A stretch of 63,613 bases of DNA, filler included, from Bacteroidales bacterium (lineage in GTDB: Bacteria; Bacteroidota; Bacteroidia; Bacteroidales; CAIWKO01), in assembly GCA_035389045.1 (NCBI GenBank). It is 4 parts of 4 records of this genome, joined end to end, with 100 filler letters (N's around TTAATTAATTAA, not from the genome) between each part and the next. Parts side by side here need not be neighbours in the genome. Positions count along the whole stretch, not along the records: positions 59,646 to 63,613 come from DAOORA010000124.1; 3 more parts are not named here. One strand, given 5' to 3'. The notes under the pieces were generated by a model. The model worked only from the letters and a program-made list of their open reading frames with translations. It did not search any database and was not told the origin of the DNA. Shown in pieces: positions 59,892-63,613 of this stretch. Within the stretch, counting starts at the first letter, position 1; each line of letters opens with the position of its first letter. The translations under genes were made by a program, and so were the position numbers.

Positions 59892-61400
59892 TTAAGTTTT
59901 TATATCCATATTATCCAGAGGACTTTTAATCTGTTCCATTCCTTTATGGGTAATATGAGTATATATTTCTGTGGTTTTACTTGAACTATGCCCCAGCAGC
60001 TCTTGTATATACCTTAAATCTGTCCCTCTTTCCAGCAAATGGGTTGCAAAACTATGTCTCAACGTATGTACAGTTGCTTTCTTCATAATTTTTGCATTAG
60101 TACACGCTCTTCTGAAAACATGCTGTATGCTGCTCTCAGAATATTGCTCGCCCCGCTGTCCTTCAAAAAGCCACATCTTTGGTTGGTATTGCTTAAAATA
60201 TTCTCTCAAAATTAATAATAACTTTTCCGATAACAAGCTATTTCTGTCTTTTTTTCCTTTGGCTCCTTTAATAATAATTGCTTTGCGGCGGCTGTCGATA
60301 TCAGCGATCTTTAGGTTTGTTAACTCGCTGATCCTTAGTCCTGCCGAATAAATGGTCAATAGTATGGCTTTATGTTTCAGATTCGTAACGCTGTTTATTA
60401 TTTGTTTTACTTCTTCTTCACTAAGCACCGTCGGCAATATCCTTTCCTTAAATGGCCTGTCAATAGTTATGTATGGCAATTTCTTACTATTACAAACTTT
60501 TTCATAGTAAAATTTTATGGCATTGATTGCCTGGTTTTGAAACGAAACCGAAATTTTTCTTTTTTCAAAAAGGTACAGAAGGTAACTTTTAATATCGTCC
60601 TCTGTTATCTCGTTCAGTTCTTTCTTGCTGTAATAATTAATAAAATCAGAAAATGCAACAGTATAGGTTCGGATGGTATTATCGCTGTATCTTTTTAATT
60701 TGAGTTTTTCAATATATTCATCAGGGCATTTCCTTTCGTTTCCATATTTTTTAAGTTCTTTTTTGTTGAACCCCTTTGTATTGATAAAATGGGTCTCTAT
60801 CTGATAATTAAAATTTTTGAAATAGTACTCAATTTCTTCCTTGATGTGTTGTGAGTAGGGGAAGCTCCAGTGTTTTTGGTTTTTATCCCAAAAATAATAG
60901 GGGATGGTCTTCATTTTTGCAATATGCGTTTTGCTGAACGGAAACCTGAGTATAATCTTCCGGTAATCAATTATTTCGATTTTGATAATCCTGATTTTTT
61001 GATTTTCATTATTGATTTCAGAAACAGGTAAAGATGATTTTTCTGTCATCGCGCTCTCTAATTGCGAATCATCAAACTTTGAGGCACTTCCTTCATCAGA
61101 TAATCCTGCATCTGAAATCTGTCTTTTGGCATTTGGTTCTTGAAACTTTGAATTTGGATATTCATCCTTCTTAAAGATAGCCGTAGTGTCCAAAAATGCT
61201 ATGCCTTTGAATAGCCTGAACAGTTCTTTTAAATTATCTCTGTTGTTGGCTATGTGCCAGTTTTCAAGAGTACTACTAAACGTCGCACCCTTTACTTTTT
61301 TTATAAGTGCAATAAGCTCAACATCATACGGAAACAGAACCAGCAGCCGCTCCGCCCCGCGATGATTTACCGGTTTTAATACGATCGTTTTCATCCTCAA
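59892..61400 (-). CDS. Tyrosine recombinase (XerD/integron-integrase-like) with a long N-terminal extension
   Basis: SAM-like domain YSDNTIRTY...QNQAINAIKFYY; catalytic YSAGLRISE, KGKKDR, HTLRHSFATHLLE, LLGH and TTEIYTH; probable start ATG 61394. Confidence 0.93.
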   Translation of the reverse strand: MRMKTIVLKPVNHRGAERLLVLFPYDVELIALIKKVKGATFSSTLENWHIANNRDNLKELFRLFKGIAFLDTTAIFKKDEYPNSKFQEPNAKRQISDAGLSDEGSASKFDDSQLESAMTEKSSLPVSEINNENQKIRIIKIEIIDYRKIILRFPFSKTHIAKMKTIPYYFWDKNQKHWSFPYSQHIKEEIEYYFKNFNYQIETHFINTKGFNKKELKKYGNERKCPDEYIEKLKLKRYSDNTIRTYTVAFSDFINYYSKKELNEITEDDIKSYLLYLFEKRKISVSFQNQAINAIKFYYEKVCNSKKLPYITIDRPFKERILPTVLSEEEVKQIINSVTNLKHKAILLTIYSAGLRISELTNLKIADIDSRRKAIIIKGAKGKKDRNSLLSEKLLLILREYFKQYQPKMWLFEGQRGEQYSESSIQHVFRRACTNAKIMKKATVHTLRHSFATHLLERGTDLRYIQELLGHSSSKTTEIYTHITHKGMEQIKSPLDNMDIKT

Positions 61401-61494
61401 AATGACTTACAAACATAAAAAATATTTCCATATCAACAAATTCTTTTTGAAAAAATTTTTATAACATAACATTTTATCTCCCAACCAATCCCCC

Positions 61495-61552
61495 CGGTGG
61501 CTGAGCGAAGTCGAAGCCACCGCTGCTATAGCTGAGGCCCTCGAAGACACCG
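61495..61552. repeat. REP-like palindrome pair (GCTGAG-N4/5-TCGAAG family)
   Basis: CGGTGGCT-GAGCGAAGTCGA-AGCCACCG hairpin at 61495-61522 plus a degenerate second copy GCTGAGGCCCTCGAAGACACCG at 61531-61552. Confidence 0.65.
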
Positions 61553-61826
61553 TTCCAAATCAGAAAAAACAATACAATACTTTGTATTTCAAAAATAAAT
61601 TTGTATTTTTACACAAGCCAGGAAGTGTGATTTGTTTAAGCCTCATTCAGAACACACCATCAGCACAGCAAAAAATTTCAGTGGCGTACGGAGTGGCTTG
61701 TTCCGTTTAGGTTTTTTTACCCTGAAATAAATACCGGCTGCTTCCGGAAATCATTCGGGATCATTAGCGGACATAATAAGATCCGGCAGCAATAACGATA
61801 GGATTGTTTTACAAAAAAAGACACGC

Positions 61827-63359
61827 ATGAAAACAGAAAATTCATTTATTTACAAACCACGAAAGTTTTCTTCTATCGAATTATGGAAGAATGTCACAGC
61901 AAAAGAATGGTACGATCCTGACTGGCAGGTAAGGAATACGGTCAGAAACATAGAACAGTTGCAAAAGGTCATAAAACTAAATCCTTACCAGGCCGGTGAA
62001 ATACAAAAGGTTATCTATGAACTCAAAAATCAGGGAAAAGACACCCTGCGGATCTCGCCTTATTATGCTTCACTTATGCAGGAAGATCCATTTCATCCGG
62101 TAATGCTTCCCGGCGAAAAATCTGAAAAGAGAATTGACCCTGTTTTTTGGCAAAGTGTGCCTACACCGGCTAATTTATTATTTCCTGATACAGGGTTAGA
62201 AGGCGCCATGCACGAAAGTTCGCGGAGTTATGGAGCTGCATATCAGCGCTATCCGAACCGGGTCGCTCTTTTTGTAGCTGAAAATACAAGTTGTGCATCA
62301 TATTGTGTTCACTGTCAGAGAGCAAAATCGTTAGACTGTTCAGTAGATGTGAACAGCACTGAAATAAACAAAGGTTTGTTCTATATAACATTTAATAAAA
62401 ACATCGACGAAGTACTTGTTACAGGGGGTGATGCGCTGATGATCAGCAAAAAACGTTTGCAATACATTCTCGAAGAGTTAAGCCGGATACCGCACATAAG
62501 GGTAATCAGAATCGCTACCAGAGTTCCTGTGGTTTTGCCGATGGGAGTAACCGATGAACTGCTGAGATTAATCCGGACCTCCTCCAATAAATATAATAGG
62601 GGTATTGATAAGAACGTCTATTTCATGACACATGTCAATCACTATCAGGAAATTACTGAAGAACTGATGAAAGCTGTGAAAAAAATTCACAGGTATGGTT
62701 TTACGGTAAGAAATCAAACCGTATTGCTGAATCATGTTAACGATTATTATAAAACCCTGGCAGAAACATTCCGCAGGATGTTCTGGATCGGCATACATCC
62801 CTATTATTTGTTGCAGTGTCATAAAGAAAAAGGTATTGTTCATTTCATCACGCCGATACAAATAGGAAAAATATATATGAAACATTTGCAGGGGTGGATA
62901 TCCGGGATAACAATACCGCGATATGCTGCAAATATTGAAGGCGGTGGCGGAAAAATTCTTTTAATGCCTTCAGGACATGATACATTGAATACCGGGATTG
63001 GCATTGATGACAAAATATCAGAAAGTTATGCAACCGTATTTACTTGGGATAGCAGAAAAATTTTCCGTTACGAAGCACTTGGAAGAGCATCGAAGGAAGA
63101 ATATGAAAATGGTGTGAAAATAATGGATGCTTTTATAGGCCGGAAGGGGGTATTTCTTCCTAAACTAATAATCATAGACAAAAAAGGTAAACATATTGAA
63201 ACCACCAACAGAACCAAACTTCCGTACATCGAAAAAATGAAAAAGTCTGCACTGTTGGAATATGAATTATTCGACACGAAAATGCCACTGACTAACCCAC
63301 AAGATATTGAATATGAAATTGAAAATCAATTCATAAAATCTAAATACAACACAAAATAA
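61827..63359 (+). CDS. KamA-family radical SAM/PLP 2,3-aminomutase-like protein (substrate uncertain)
   Basis: W.D..WQ..N, RYPNRV, CASYCVHCQR (CxxxCxxC), TGGDAL, RIATRVPVVLP, NQTVLL, PYYL and GGGGK PLP lysine. Confidence 0.9.
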   Translation: MKTENSFIYKPRKFSSIELWKNVTAKEWYDPDWQVRNTVRNIEQLQKVIKLNPYQAGEIQKVIYELKNQGKDTLRISPYYASLMQEDPFHPVMLPGEKSEKRIDPVFWQSVPTPANLLFPDTGLEGAMHESSRSYGAAYQRYPNRVALFVAENTSCASYCVHCQRAKSLDCSVDVNSTEINKGLFYITFNKNIDEVLVTGGDALMISKKRLQYILEELSRIPHIRVIRIATRVPVVLPMGVTDELLRLIRTSSNKYNRGIDKNVYFMTHVNHYQEITEELMKAVKKIHRYGFTVRNQTVLLNHVNDYYKTLAETFRRMFWIGIHPYYLLQCHKEKGIVHFITPIQIGKIYMKHLQGWISGITIPRYAANIEGGGGKILLMPSGHDTLNTGIGIDDKISESYATVFTWDSRKIFRYEALGRASKEEYENGVKIMDAFIGRKGVFLPKLIIIDKKGKHIETTNRTKLPYIEKMKKSALLEYELFDTKMPLTNPQDIEYEIENQFIKSKYNTK

Positions 63360-63554
63360 AAGCCATCTTTCAGACATAAAAATAGTAAGTTGTGTCTAAG
63401 TTAATTTCAGTCTCAAAGTTTGACACACCCTAACCCCAATGCTGCAAGGTCAACGATCCGTCTGGACGGTGATCCATGTGATGCAAAACCCGTAGTACCC
63501 GACGCCTTATTCCAGAGACTTATCTAACTCAATCTCCCAGTATCCCAAGCTGAC

Positions 63555-63613
63555 AATATCCCAATCTCCCAATCTCCCAATCTCCCAATCTCCCAATCTC
63601 CCAATCTCCCAAT
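63555..63613 (+). repeat. 8-bp tandem repeat (AATCTCCC)n, six perfect copies + one variant, runs off the window end
   Basis: Direct reading; degenerate copies also at 63531-63548. Confidence 0.95.

Noticed and set aside
59892..61400. Calling the recombinase a canonical IntI or chromosomal XerC/XerD
   Set aside because: It lacks the IntI-specific insertion between patch II and patch III, and at 502 aa with an N-terminal extension it does not fit housekeeping XerC/D
61733..61750. GGAAGCAGC on the minus strand resembling the SRP RNA domain IV motif
   Set aside because: The preceding CAGG...GNRA half of the motif and the long enclosing helix are absent
21..63277. Numerous 60-150 aa ORFs antisense to or overlapping the called genes
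   Set aside because: Shadow ORFs of well-supported genes with no recognisable motifs

Overview
Window from a Bacteroidota (Bacteroidales-like) draft genome or MAG. Evidence: T9SS type A and type B C-terminal sorting domains, TAnnTTTG -7 promoter boxes, and Bacteroidota-typical gene families. It is four contigs joined by artificial N-TTAATTAATTAA-N linkers (1-20656, 20757-40287, 40388-59545, 59646-63613), so adjacency across the gaps is not biological. Most of the content is housekeeping or metabolic: xdhCAB, aroB/aroA, rubrerythrin, an AddB-like nuclease, AmgK-RapZ/MurU, speB plus a DHS-like gene, comB, DPP III, a beta-CASP nuclease, a two-component system and a lipid-catabolism trio. There are also several large secreted T9SS proteins. 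The most unusual part is the last contig. It carries a tyrosine recombinase that lacks the IntI-specific insertion but has two tandem HARP-like N-terminal motifs. Downstream of it are four direct-repeat motifs ending in a GTT core exactly at the contig break, a candidate non-canonical integron-like platform. Divergent from it is a KamA-family radical SAM/PLP aminomutase whose two lysine-binding Asp residues are replaced by His and Asn, suggesting a different substrate. Also notable are a coupled pair of YbjN-like proteins including a cytoplasmic HtrA-type protease, a nested 40-bp palindrome next to a NarL-type regulator, and a T9SS protein with an HExxE metallopeptidase-like head. All family assignments come from motif recognition by eye; no searches were run.
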